Source of the DNA: Bugula neritina
Lineage: Eukaryota > Animalia > Bryozoa
NCBI GenBank assembly: GCA_964035545.1
Contig: OZ037767.1
Span: 29,156,628 to 29,220,627, forward strand
Length of the DNA: 64,000 bases
Direction of reading: 5' to 3'
The first letter of the stretch is position 1; each line of letters starts with the position of its first letter. This document shows, in pieces, positions 51,101 to 64,000 of this stretch. The position numbers were made by a program, and so were the translations under genes. The notes under the pieces are model-generated. The model made no database searches, was not told where the DNA came from, and worked only from the letters and a program-made list of their open reading frames with translations.

Positions 51101-54100
51101 TCCGCTCTGGTAGATTGAAGTGTCCGTGATAGGTAGGTTCTCTAAGAAGGCACTTGTACCTGTGGCTCTGTATTTCCACACAAATGTAGCCTCTTCCGCA
51201 TCTAAACTCAAGTAAATGTATGATGGCTATAGTATCTCAAAAGTAGTCAGGAGTAGTGTCAAAATATGAAGGAATATAGTAGACATGAACAGGTATAATT
51301 TTCACAATAGTTGTAAGCAGAGCTCAAGAGGCTATACATTTTTTATTTAGAATATTTATTGAGCTTCTAATGATTTCAAACTTGTATTAAAAGCTAAAAT
51401 CGAAACCTCTATCCAAGTATTGTAAATGAAAATGCATTTTAAATCGAATAAAATATACAGCTGTAACCAATCAAAACACTTCAACAAATTGTGGAATATG
51501 CTAGGAAATAAATGGGCACATGCTGTCACCTGCTGAACAGATCAAATAGAATGAAGTTTCTCCGTATCTCAGCACCCTGTTGTGAGATCTGGAAATCTGC
51601 ACATTAGTAGGTGCTTGTAGAGTCTCAGTTACTATGTACCAGGTCCAGGACGCGGGCTGTAGGGTGAATCTGTGACTAGCTTCACATGTATATTGCCCAT
51701 CATACAGCGTCTGCATGCTGTCAACTCTGCAGTGACATACAAACACAGGTGTGTGTTAAAACATTATAAGTGTCAACAGCTATATGCATATGTCATAGTG
51801 TCATAACAATAAGCATATAGCCTAAAATTAAAAAGAATGTTTAAATACCATGATATCTATTTAAAAAGCAGGTTTTTGGATTTGATGAGAATTTTAAGAT
51901 GCAAACGATTACATTATTATTGAAATAATTTTGGTTAACTGATAAGGCAGAAGAATAAAAACTTTGATACAATAAATACTTTACAACACCATTTTTCAGT
52001 GTCCTAGGCAAATTTTTGCTTGCAAAATATAAAAGGGTTTTAAAACAAATATCAATGCAAAGTATTTTTCCATTTTCAATCATTCCATTAAGCTAGTGAG
52101 ACTTACATCAGAACGTTTTCAGAGATGAGGCGAGCACCAGCAGGCAGTCTTGAACCTCCATTGTATCTCCACGAGATAGTCGGGGTAGGGTGACCCTCCG
52201 CTTCACACTCCAATCTAACTTGAGAACCTTGTCTTATCTTGATGTTGGAATCAGTTGGTATATGCTTGACAATCACAGGATTCACTGTAGAATCAACCAA
52301 AACTATTGCTAAAGATTAAAGCACTGCATTACGACTTCACATTTCATGAAGTACAGAATCACTGTGTAAATCAATGAAGAATAACCTATCATAATTAATG
52401 TAGTCACTTGCCATATACCATGTCAACTCACCTATGAGCTGCAAGTCTACACTGGCTTCCCCAATGAGGTTACACCCTAAGACAGCCACCTGACATTTGT
52501 AGACGGCTATATCCTGCTGAGATATAGATTGAAGAAAGAGACGGTTGCCTGAGGTTTGGTGAGTAATAGGTCTGTTGTCCGTTCTGACCCAACTGACCTG
52601 AGGATTAGGTTGAGCGGTGTAATCGCAGAGCAGATTCAACGAGTCACCGAGTCTGACGTAACCATCATCAGCTAGAGCTAAGTAAAAGAGAGTTTAATGA
52701 ATATCAAAGTTCGACAGTAAAAGTTAAATATTTAAGAAGGTTTTATTGCAAATGTTATATAGCAGTTCTACTTCAAAGGTTAGTTACTTCTGAAAAGATT
52801 AGGATTTGTCAAACTAATACAAAAAAGAATTGGTCAGCCTACGACAATGAATTCTCTAGCATAAAAAAGCAGAGTGTTCCAAGAAAAATATTTTTAAAAA
52901 TCATTATTATTAAGCAGCTTTATGTCATATGTTATAAAATCTTCATATAGTACACGCTGTACACATATATTTGCCCGGATAAATTGAGAATAGTTTAAGC
53001 TTTCTAAAGATTGACATATAAAAAAATTTGGTCTTATATCATGGACTTTTAATTGGCATCATTTTTACTAGCCTGTATAAAGACCAATATGACACGACGG
53101 TGGTTTAGAGCATTACTATATTTTCTCAACAGTAGAATACTCTATCAGCAACAACGACAACAAGTGCTCCAAATTGCTACAGTGCATTGGAAACGACATC
53201 CTGAATTCACACGACACTTAATTTTGCTTTCTTACAACATGAAACTACATTTTTTACTTGTATGCTAAATAGATTTAACCAGTCTTATTTTTTCTAATTA
53301 TAACAAAGTGTAAGGTGATAGAAGAGCTTTGAAATAAACAGCTAAATTAGCCTTAGGTACTACCTCTAATAGTAACACCAGTGGGACAGACGCGTTGAGA
53401 GACATCAATCCTCACGGTGCTGCTGTCTATAGGAGTTCCGTCCAGGTGACTGGCTGAGCAGTTATAAATACCAGCATCTCTAGAGCTAATGGGCATTCTA
53501 TGAACATAATGAATAAAAATTTTTATACTAATACATTATTGTAATAATAATTAATATAGATCATATAATATATACATATAATATAAAAATATAATATATT
53601 ATACTAATAATAAAACATCAATATACAATATAAAGTAATGTAATAGTAGTTTATATAAAACATATAATATATATAAAATAACTATATAAAATAATATATT
53701 AATTATAAAACACCTATAATATAAGAGTATAACGAATGTATATAGTGAAATTATATAACATATATAACACGATACAACAATATAGCACATAACAGAGCAT
53801 GATAGTACACAATATACAACATAGTTTAATAACATAATATATATTATATAACATAATTTATCACACATGTACAATATACACAGCAAGCAACTGATATCAT
53901 ATTCAGGCTATTGGAAGCCTAAAGTATATGTTTTAAAGAAATAAACTTTGAAAGAGAACAAAGTTACCTGAACACAGGATCACTTGTGATGTAGGTCCCA
54001 GACCTTGTCCACCTCACAATACTGTCTGATGTTGAAACACCGTTAACTGTACAGGTGAAGGTCAACTCTGCACCTTCGTCGTATGTACCATCAGAATTGG

Positions 54101-57100
54101 GTGCGGGATTCACTCCAATGTTAACACGACCTAAAATAACAAATGTTTATTTGTCAATAGACATGCGGAAATTTATTTGTGTTTATAAGTTCATGTGAAC
54201 AAATAGACAAAGATGTATGTTACAATTTTAGTAAAAAGTAATATTTGCAGCTGTTTTAGATGCATAACAAAAACAAACTCAGTTCAATGAGTGCAACTTT
54301 TAGTATGATTCATATTTATTATTTTACGGAGGAGACAACTTCTAATTGATAGTGAGACTGTCACAGTGAGTATAATATATGAAGCGTAGTAATACAATGA
54401 TGAGAGTAATGCGCCTACCTTGCATGTACACCACATCAATAGTGATGTTACGGCTAGGTTGAGATACCCCGTAGGTACTTTCTGCTACGCAGTAATAAAC
54501 ACCCTTATCTTGAGATTGAGCGTTGACTATTCTATAAAGAAAGGGAATTTTCTCGTAATAATACATGAGTTTTAAATTATTCATGCAATGGTATTCAGAG
54601 CATATATTATCATGATGAAAATTACTTGTATTCACCAGCTATTTATGTACTATAACCTAAGTAAATGCTGTATTAAGCTAACACTAGTGAAACTTCATAT
54701 ATGATAACATAGTGCACGTACGTTAGCCTATTGCCGTTCACAAAAGATGGGGTCATGTAGCTACGCCCGACTCTTCTCCATATAGCCTTAGAGCCAGGTT
54801 CAGTTCGACATTCCCACACCGTCTTACTAGATTCTGAAAAACAAACCATCAGTTTAATATGGCAACTAAAATCATTAGGTGTCGATTTTAAAAATTTAGA
54901 GCAGACAATTCCTATATAGTGAGCTGTTGCCAATACAGATTATTGAAAGTGTTGGTAGAATTTTCAAAGCCATCAAAATAGGCAATCACGAGAGTTTATA
55001 GGTGATAATGTTGCAAATAAGATCAAATTTTTTTCATATCCCTGTGTTACTAAGTTTTATGTTTCGTTTTCCAACATATAAGAAGATAACTCTAAACTAA
55101 CGATAAAAAGTACAAGAAATAATGGGAAGATAATTTTTAATTAGCAATGCACAATGCAGTATATAATATGAACCCACCAGTCATAACAAACTTAATGTCT
55201 TCGTTTACTGCAGTTAATACTTACTGCCTACATATATTCGTTCGTAAAAAATGCTAGGAAAGATAGTCGGGGGCGGGGGTGGTAGGCGCCTCATTTCCAC
55301 TGTGAGAGAGTCCGTGACAGGCGAGTCTATCCCATTGCTGACTCTGCATTCGTAAGTGCCAGCTGTCTGACCTGACATCTGAACTCCACTGTAAAACAGT
55401 CTTGTAGATGTAAACTGCTCTGTGATTGGGCAGCAGAAAATGCTGATACCCTCTAATTAGAATTGACTCAATTCAGCCATCTTGCAGCATGTAGTTGCCA
55501 TAGTTACAGGTATACAACTTATAATACTTAGCATTCACAGGTATAAATAAAATTAGGCGCTTGGCTGTTCTAAAATTCAATTTTGAATAACACAAATATT
55601 TGATCATAGCTGTGACTTTAGCAGAATTAGCCTAAGTACCTGAATCGGCTGCCTCGCATCACCACCCGTCCTTTGTAGTACCAAGTGAAACTGACAGGTG
55701 GTTGAGGTGCACTCGGGCTAACAACTGAGCAGGTCATGACAATGTTGTCGCCTTCATCCAGCACTCTCTGCCCTTCAACCTTGACACTCGCTGCAGGTGG
55801 GTGAAATACAAAGTATAGTGTCATAAACCACAGTTCAGTAGTAGAGTGTCTACTACACGTGATATACATGATAATACAGTTTCTACATGCTGCACAGGAT
55901 GTTGGTACAAACTTACTTGGAGGAGTTGTAATCACTTGTATAGAGAATCCCTCTGAGTCTGAGCCATGAATATTGCTGGCTGTGCAGGTATATCTACCAC
56001 CATTGGTCTTTTTAGCATTTATAATCCTGCAACATTAAAATATATAATTCTGCAGCATTACATGATATAATTCTGTTGTTTTATATAATGTTAACTTTAT
56101 TCTTGAAAATTTAGAAAATTATACATTCAACAAAACTAAAGACTGCAACATGCAAGCGGTTATATCCCATACAAGAAACATGACAGATATATACTAAAAA
56201 GAATCTACTGTATAACAAACAAAGCAACTTTGCATAGAAAGAGAAGCTACAGTAGTATATACTATAAAACTGATCTGATTTATTCGATTAGAAGAGAGAT
56301 TACATTGCCGTACATTCCATCACCATGAATTGAAGTGGAATAGCAAACTGGATAGCAAGTACTCACCTGAGAACCCCGTTATTGCTGGGAATGGGTCTAT
56401 TATTCAGTCTCCATTGTAACTGAGAGGGTTGAGGGTCTCCAGTGGCTGAGCAGCTGTAAGTACGGTCTGTACCATAAACTATAGGATTGACTTTGTCTCC
56501 TTCAACTACAGAGAGAAGATAACTAACAGTCTCACTGTTGAGCGAGATAACACCCAAATCTAATGTGTAGCTCATTTCTACAGAGTAAATTGTACAAGTA
56601 ATTCCCATGCCAACAATTCCTAACCTGTGATGGAGTCATGCTACCTTATCAGTTAAATATACTAAATAGCAACGCAGAGTTGTCACATATATCATAACAT
56701 ATGTTTAGGTTCAATAATTCGGCAAAGATATAGTCAATAAAACTATAAAAGCTAATTGCAACTCAAAGGTTAAAAAGAGACGTAATTGAATGAGAATACT
56801 GACTGGTAACGAGAGGTTTTCTTCCTGTGACTCTCACTTGAACAGAGATTGTCTCCACCTGATTGCATTCAGTGTTACTCACTTCACATTGGTATTCACC
56901 ATCATGTGCAGCTGGGCTGGCCATGTATATTCTATGATATAGAATTATAATGTTATCAGCTATTTGACATAACGGGAGCAATATGTAATATCCTGTTTAA
57001 CTAACCTTTGAATACTACTAAAGTAGTAGTATCACTAACCAATCAGTACTACTGGATTATTACTAACCTATGAGTACTACCAGAGTAGTAGTATCACTAA

Positions 57101-60100
57101 CCTTGAGTACTACCAGAGTAGTAGTATCACTAACCTATGAGTACTACCAGAGTAGTAGTATTACTAACCTATGAGTACTACCAGAGTAGTAGTATCACTA
57201 ACCTATGAGTACTACCAGAGTAGTAGTATCACTAACCTATGAGTACTACCAGAGTATCACTAACCTATGAGTACTACCAGAGTAGTAGTATCACTAACCT
57301 ATGAGTACTACCAGAGTAGTAGTGACCTCGAATCTTCCATCTGAACAGAGGTTGGGGGTAAGAGCCATCAGCTGAACAGCGTAATGTGAGATTCTGACCA
57401 ATAGATACTTGTGAAGGAACAGATATTACTGGTTGCTTCAGGTCTGAGAAAGAAAACATATTTGCCTATTCACCCATAAATATAACCTAGTACAATAGGC
57501 AAGAGAAAGCTTTCGATTAAATGTTTACAACATTTTCTTCTGGATTTTCAAGGTCAACGGACCTTGAAAATTTATATATTCATGCAAATCATATTAATGA
57601 ACACTAAAGTATCAGAGGGGCTCGTGTCCCATTAAAAACCATCTTTCTGGAGAATTGGGTTAAAGCCCAATATGCCGCTTGTGCAGAATATAACAAAGTA
57701 TTAATGCAATTTCACATTCAATGTAATATTTTACTAAGTTGTGAAGAAAAAAAAGAACTAACCAAAGCAGCAAGTTGATCTAAAGAGTGTGTATTATATG
57801 CCATAGCATTCAGTATAACTTTTAACCACGGAATGAAAAAAGCAAGGCGATATTATAACTTTACATACTGCAAAGGGCATTGATGGTAATAGAAGTACTA
57901 GCAGTTCCAATTTGGTTAGTAGCTCTACACTGATAGTCCCCAGAGTTTTCCACTCCAAAGCTGCCAAAACTACAAGCAAACAGTATTTAGAATAGTTGAA
58001 TTTGACATCAGAGGGAAGATAATTTACAAATGTTTCACTAAAAATACATATTGAACATGTAACAGTTGGTTATGGTTACCTCAAAATAGCTGAATTTTGA
58101 GAGTTTGTTCTGAGAGGAGCTCCTTTGTACCACCAAGTAAGGGTGGGCTCTGGGTACCCCCCTGTTGATTCACATCGAAGAACTAAAGCTGTACCTGGAA
58201 TTTGTCTGCTTGGTGCTCCTTGCACCACCAGGATCTGCAGGTAAAATACTTGGTATACTATCTTAACCATATAGTTTCCTTATATACCTACTCTGTATAT
58301 CTATTTAATAATGAAATAATAAATATACTAAAAGAAATTTCTTAACATATTGTTGCTTCTATTTAAATTTGAAATAAGCAGAAAACTTCATTATGTGGAT
58401 TAATAAATAAAATTATCGTTATAGCCTATAGTTATTTAACTAAAAATACCTCTGGATTTGTGGGTCGTCTGTCTTTAACTCGTAAAAGAGCCGTAACATT
58501 AGCAGAGGATCGTGTGCCACATGTGTTATAAGCTTCACACATGTAATCGCCTTCATCTGCCTTTGTGATTCTATTCAAGCTGTTGGATGAATATAAACTT
58601 TGTACTGTTATACAAGAGAATAACCTAACAAGGTGACAACTCCAATAATCTCAAGACCTACACTAAGAGCAACTAACTCCTGATAGTATTTATTGATGCA
58701 TAAAACTAAACAAAAATTTTTTTGCACATCTACGATTTATAATAAGTCAAAGAATGAGGTCTTTAGATACAAAAGAGGTTAAAATCAGCTAGACAGTAAA
58801 CAGCAAATGGGGATGAAACATCTGAAGTCATTTTGAAGTTTAAGAAAACACCTTTTAAAAACTTGAAAAGTTTTTACTTGTAAACACATCATTGATTATA
58901 CATCACAGAGTAAGACATTTAAGTCACAACAATCGACGCTCGATCACATGACACAACTGGTGTATATAACTTACATAAGTTGAGCGCCACGTCTCATTAG
59001 TCTGCCGTTCTTGTACCAGTTGTAACTAGGGGTGGGGTCTCCTTCCGCCTCGCATTTCCACACTAAGCTGGTGCCTAGAGAATACTGGTTATCAGGTTTA
59101 GGGCCGGCTATAGTTACGTCTGTTGGAGTTGTGCACTCAAATGAAACCCTTTTATTCGAGAAAACCATGAATTTTCCATTGTCCACGGTACATCGGTACA
59201 CGCCTTCATCAGCTGCTGTCATCTGAGGTATTCTACCAACAGTAATGTGGAAATGAGACACAAATGTATACAAACAACTTATGAGAGATATATATGACAA
59301 TAAGGTGACAATTTTCTTTTCATACACTTTCATGCTGAAAATCTGCGCAAGTGTGTGATTAAAAAAATTACACAAGTTATATGCAGTAGAAATATAGATA
59401 ACTCCACCCGACTTCCAGTCCTAAGAAATTATTACCAACTTATTCGATGATGAAATATTTTTTTAAAACGTGCTGAAAATTGATACAAGATAGTCATTTA
59501 GGTTTCAACACTAAATCTATTATCACCATTCCAAACACTCTGTTAGCCATAATTGTGAAATTACTAACATAAAAATCCTTTCAATTTAATGATTTCAGGC
59601 TTTAACTGCAGGTAACAATTCATAAAAATTTTTTTTGCTTAAGTTTGGGCTTCTGAAAATAGACCAAAAAACTTACATCACTTGGTTGCCTCTCACAAAT
59701 TTGGTGTAGGGACGGCCATTGAAAGCCCACTGAACAGAATTAGCCTCAGGCCACCCAGGTAGGACAATAACACAGGTGAGGGCCAGTCTAGCATTCGCAA
59801 AGTATGGCGGCCTGAATCCATCAATCCTGATTTCTGGAGGACCTGGAGGATATCATCGAGGATGGTGTGAGAATTGTACTTTACGGATTATTGGCAGTCA
59901 CATTCTATAGTGTGAGTCATTGTTTCTAATTATAGTAACATTATACTGTATGAGTCACCAGTGATAATATTACTAAATAATATAGTAGCAATAATCTACG
60001 GTATGAGGCATTAGCGATAGTCTTTCAGTTTTAATTTCATAAAAGCTTAGTAAAGACATCTACCCACAATGCTATTAAATATACTGAACATCTGCATTCT

Positions 60101-63100
60101 ACTGTATGTTATTCAGGCAATTTATAACCCAGCATACGCCCTCTTCCCTTAAATGTCATTGGTTTCTAACAGTAGCGTAACGCTATAACCAATATAATAT
60201 GAAATCTATTGGCACAAAATTACCAATTCATGTGTACGACTATGATTGTGTGCAATCATAGCTATGATATCGTGTAACTATATAATATCATAGCTATGAT
60301 ATCGTGTAACTATATGATATCATTATGAGCATAAGCTTACTGAAGAAGCGATCAGGTCTTGAACATGAAGAAGTGGAACCCCTGTCATTGACAGCACAGC
60401 AGATATATACGCCTGCGTCTTCAGCACGTATAGGGTTTATCCTAAAACATATGATATGATGTTAATTGTAATACAAATAATAACTTCAAAAGATATGATA
60501 GTAGTTTGTATAATATAGCGTATAACATTAGAAAAAAGTTCTATATTGTCATTGTTTATGCTTTTATGTATTATATACATACATATACACATCTGTATGT
60601 ACTTACATATACATGCACACACAACACAGTGTGTATAACTATAGCAATAAACAGCTAACATATAGCTGTTTATACACTGAGCAGTGTGAAATGTAGAGAG
60701 CTACCATAGAGTTACACTTAGTAATATATCATATCATATCATAGCCATCACTTTACAAAACAGATAAACTATAACGAGCTAATAATAGACTTACACATAT
60801 TTCTCTCCATATCGTCCTTCTGTTCGGCCATTAACAGGAAGTGGCACGCCACCTTCTCTCGACCACACAATCTTTGTCGCTCCTTTCGGCAAACTGCAAT
60901 GCAGTGTCCCGTTGATGGTGGGATTTGGGGTTGGGGGTGGAAGAGTTCCTGGAAATGATAAACAGTAATTAATACTTGAAAGGTAGCATGAACAGTAAGG
61001 ATAGAAGAAAAAATAATTTGCATTTCAATTTATAGTAGTATTAATGAATGTTCCTAGTAAATAGTGTTATTGCCAGAGCAAAAACAATTTATTTAAATAA
61101 ATGCGATAGTTACAAAAAGTTCATTATTGAAGATTATTCTAGAATTTTTTAAAAAAGAGCTTTAAAATAAAGAATATATAAGAATATATAATAAAGAACT
61201 ATGAGAGCTGACTGACTAACCGCCGACAGTAAATATAACCGCAGAAGCTTTGTTTGACTTCTGACCACCAGCATCTGTGGCCTGACAGTAGTAAGTTCCA
61301 TCATGACTGAAGTCAACCTTACGGATCCTATAACAGAATATAAATGTATGTTGCAATAGAGTGTTTGTAATTCTAAAAAATACACTGCAATACTGCAAAG
61401 GTATACAATGCCAGTATAAATAGGTCTGAAAAAAGTACATACTATAAGCTGATGGTTTATGGGAAGAAGCAGAAAACTAACGAATTCTATATAACTAAAA
61501 TGCACTCTTATTAATTAGACAATCCAATAATATCATGCTGTTGTTTATGAAGTGATTCTCTCCAGAGTACTTCCACCACTGTACGCATAAACTTATTGAA
61601 CAAAATCCTATGTAAACTAAACATCTACTGCAGATATCAAAAGTCACAACTGATACCAAATACATGAACACATCTGCAAGAGCCAGAGCTAAAGCAAAGG
61701 TTAAGAGGTCAATACTTACATCACTCTGCTGCTGACTACTCTGACGTCAGCAGGCCAAACTGTCGAGCGTTCAGAGCCTTCATAACTCCAGTCGTATGTC
61801 ATGCGAGATGTCTGCGACCCTGACACCACTTCGCAGACGAGTGTTACCGTGTTGTTTTGCGGAATGTTTCCCGTCGCACCGGTAATCCTCACTACTGGTG
61901 GATCTAGAAACCAGAAAAACAAGTTTGAGTAATTACTGAATATTCACATATAATGAGTGTTTTATATATACTAATTTAATGTCCAGTTAGCAATCAGTTC
62001 GAATTTAAAGAATTCTGTTTTCATTAGAAAGCTAGTTTTTTCAGGAAAATTACAGCAATACTCATATTTCATATGCATGAAAATGTTAGCTTTATTATTA
62101 ATGCACTTCATTGTTATAACACAGCACAAATATTATTTCAGAATGTTATTTTAGATAATATTTCTGTAGAGGTCTCACTTTATACTGTCAAAGTTATTGT
62201 CGAAGAAAAGTCTCTGCATTTCTAATACTTCTTTAAAATAAACTGCATGCTAAGTATACAGCCACTTGTTATGTGTGGTTGTAAGCTTTGGAGCACAGAC
62301 ATTGCAATTTTCATGCTTCGGCTCACGAAAAGTTTGCTTCAAAGCAAAAAGCTTTGGAAATTCAAGCAGATACTATAGCCTACACATCACCAGTCTTCAA
62401 CACATCTACACTGATTTCTAGAATGATTTAAATTGGAAAGGAGCAGCAGGCATGCTAGGGGAGCTGATTCAGCCTGAACTGCACCAGAGGTTGGCACTCT
62501 TACCTGGATATGCCTTACAGTTAACAGATCTTAACGTCTCCATAAACAACTTACCTCACACTGGATCTAGGCTTTATACAGCACCGAAAAGTGCTTTGAG
62601 AAAACCATTTAGATTTCTACATACATTGTCTTACTGCAGTTTTTCTATACATTATTCAAAATTGTATTTCCTATTAATTTTTATATCTTAATGTTATGAA
62701 TACTTTCAAGTACTCACTTATAATTTAATGTACTGATAAATTTTGATTGACTAGAAATATTATATTGCCAAGAATGTAACACCAGTTAATGTTACCATCT
62801 CTGCTATCATTATGTAATAAAATAGTATAATAGGTAAAACCTGGAGTAACAGCAAAAGTGACGGTCTGACTGGAAGAATTGAGGTAATTTTCTGCCCAAC
62901 ATTCATAAGATCCTGCATCTGTGGTCTTCAAGTTGCTGATTGTATGGGTAAGGGTGATCACTTCATTGCCCCTACTAAACAATACACATAAGTTTAATCT
63001 CAGTCTACAATATGTTACACAGAGTGAGGCAACCATGGCTTAAAGGATGTACTTTAAAATTTAAACTGAAAACTCAAGCTAATTGTTTTTTGCTTATCTC

Positions 63101-64000
63101 AGAATTCAAATTATAATGGAATGTGTCTGTATTGACAGTCAAGTGTAAATCAAGTACAAATGGCCATCAACCAAGGTAAGTGTAGCATTATAATTTTCAA
63201 AGCCTGTACTCAGGTAAAAAGCTCTCACAAAATGGTCATACCCTTATATAGATAACTGTCTTAACTTTAAAGAAGAGTCAATGAGGATGTATTGTGGGTA
63301 AAGTTATAGTGGGCACAACATCCGGCACAAATAGATAATACAAAGTATGAATATACATTTCCCCATATGAAATTGTTAGTCAGGAGCTATTGAGTTAATG
63401 CTGAAACTGTCAAGAGACCAACTACCAACAGCTCAATAATATTGAGTTGATAAATTAATATGATAGAGTACATCACTAACCCGTCCGAAGAGCCCGTCTG
63501 CTGAGAAGCAAGTACAGCTCTGCTAGCCTTGTGTCTCCACACAACTCGGGTTATGTTAGGACGTCCCGTCACACTACAGGTCAGAGTAGCTTCATCTCCA
63601 ACTTTGAAGTTCTCAGCATTGATTGATACTTCGATGGAAGGAGGACCTGGAAATTTAAAGCCAGAATAACAGAGCTGTCATTCATTCTGCTTGGTGATAA
63701 CATTCTGAAAAGTTCTTGAACACTAATTACAGTTTTTAAAATTAATGGATACGTGCTTTACAGAATTAGTTATAGTAGATCTAACAGCCACTAACAAACT
63801 AGTATACAACGTCAAAAGTATTAGCATAGACTGAGAGTCTACAATCTCCAAGGACAGTGTTGATGGGCACATATACGTACAGACTACAAACACTCTGATG
63901 AAGGTGCTAGTGGTGCTGTGGGCAGTGGTGGCATCACATGTGTATACCCCTTCGTCATCTTGATTTACCCCAGGGATACTCAGGTGCTCCCCGTACACCG
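42114..64000 (-). CDS. Perlecan/HSPG2-like extracellular matrix protein, 3' part: many Ig domains, LamG, EGF, Gly/Ser/Tyr repeat region, terminal LamG. 5' end outside window
   Basis: Repeated half-Ig exons ('L.C.A.G.P.P...W' and 'D.G.Y.C'), EGF 'CKDDTCGSMGVC..HYCYC..C' (~48030-48135), LamG 'FDGKGYIQL..GLLFY..YIALALQGG', and C-terminus 'GDVYIGGVPD..FTGCISNV..EKC*' resembling the last LamG of perlecan. Stop at 42114-42116. Orthology not established. Confidence 0.8.
45569..46186 (-). repeat. Coding 42-bp repeat x~14 encoding GGGVISGSSG(S/G)GYT, within one phase 1-1 exon
   Basis: Open on the minus strand between AG (46188-46187) and GT (45568). Variation is largely synonymous or conservative. 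Absent from the ORF track because it has no start codon. Confidence 0.85.
47256..47340. repeat. 27-bp tandem repeat x3, intronic
   Basis: Unit AAAACTATACACATGGGGTA(C/A)GTAGGC. Confidence 0.85.
49841..49917 (+). pseudogene. tRNA-derived relic (SINE head or pseudo-tRNA, GCA in the anticodon position)
   Basis: Acceptor stem GCCTCTG/TAGGGGC+A, A-box-like TGGTGTAG, B-box-like GGTTTGAGTCCC. The anticodon and T stems pair poorly. Confidence 0.55.
57001..57323 (-). repeat. ~34-bp x10 tandem repeat of an Ig exon end plus 5' splice site
   Basis: Minus-strand unit ACTACTACTCTGGTAGTACTCATAG|GTTAGTGAT. First donor at 57298; copies run to ~57001. Confidence 0.93.

Noticed and set aside
53520-53886. Tyr/Ile/Leu-rich ORF
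   Set aside because: Low-complexity AT-rich intron sequence.

Overview
AT-rich, intron-rich invertebrate (metazoan) genomic DNA; the species cannot be determined from sequence alone. Exon structures were assembled by hand from GT-AG junctions and phase matching. Seven protein-coding genes are supported: an HPS1-like gene (-, runs off the left edge), a small orphan single-pass membrane protein gene (-), VHL (-), WDR3/UTP12 (+, head-to-head with VHL), a TRIM2/3-like RING-B-box-coiled coil-filamin-NHL gene (+), TMEM47-like (+), and the 3' part of a large perlecan-like Ig/LamG/EGF matrix gene (-, runs off the right edge). There are also MITE-like elements, a tRNA-derived relic and many minisatellites. 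Two patterns stand out. (1) Tandem arrays whose unit is an exon end plus its splice site occur in three different genes, giving ladders of 5-14 duplicated splice sites; two ladders are in frame, and in two the most decayed copies lie farthest into the intron. (2) Degenerate period-3/6 'NATA(C/G)T' domains sit in the 5' regions of five genes, and three of these domains share an exact 14-mer. Other observations: a CLEAR-like double E-box upstream of HPS1, a possible VHL-to-downstream-gene spliced read-through, and a Gly/Ser/Tyr repeat module plus an RGD mini-exon between the LamG domains of the perlecan-like protein.
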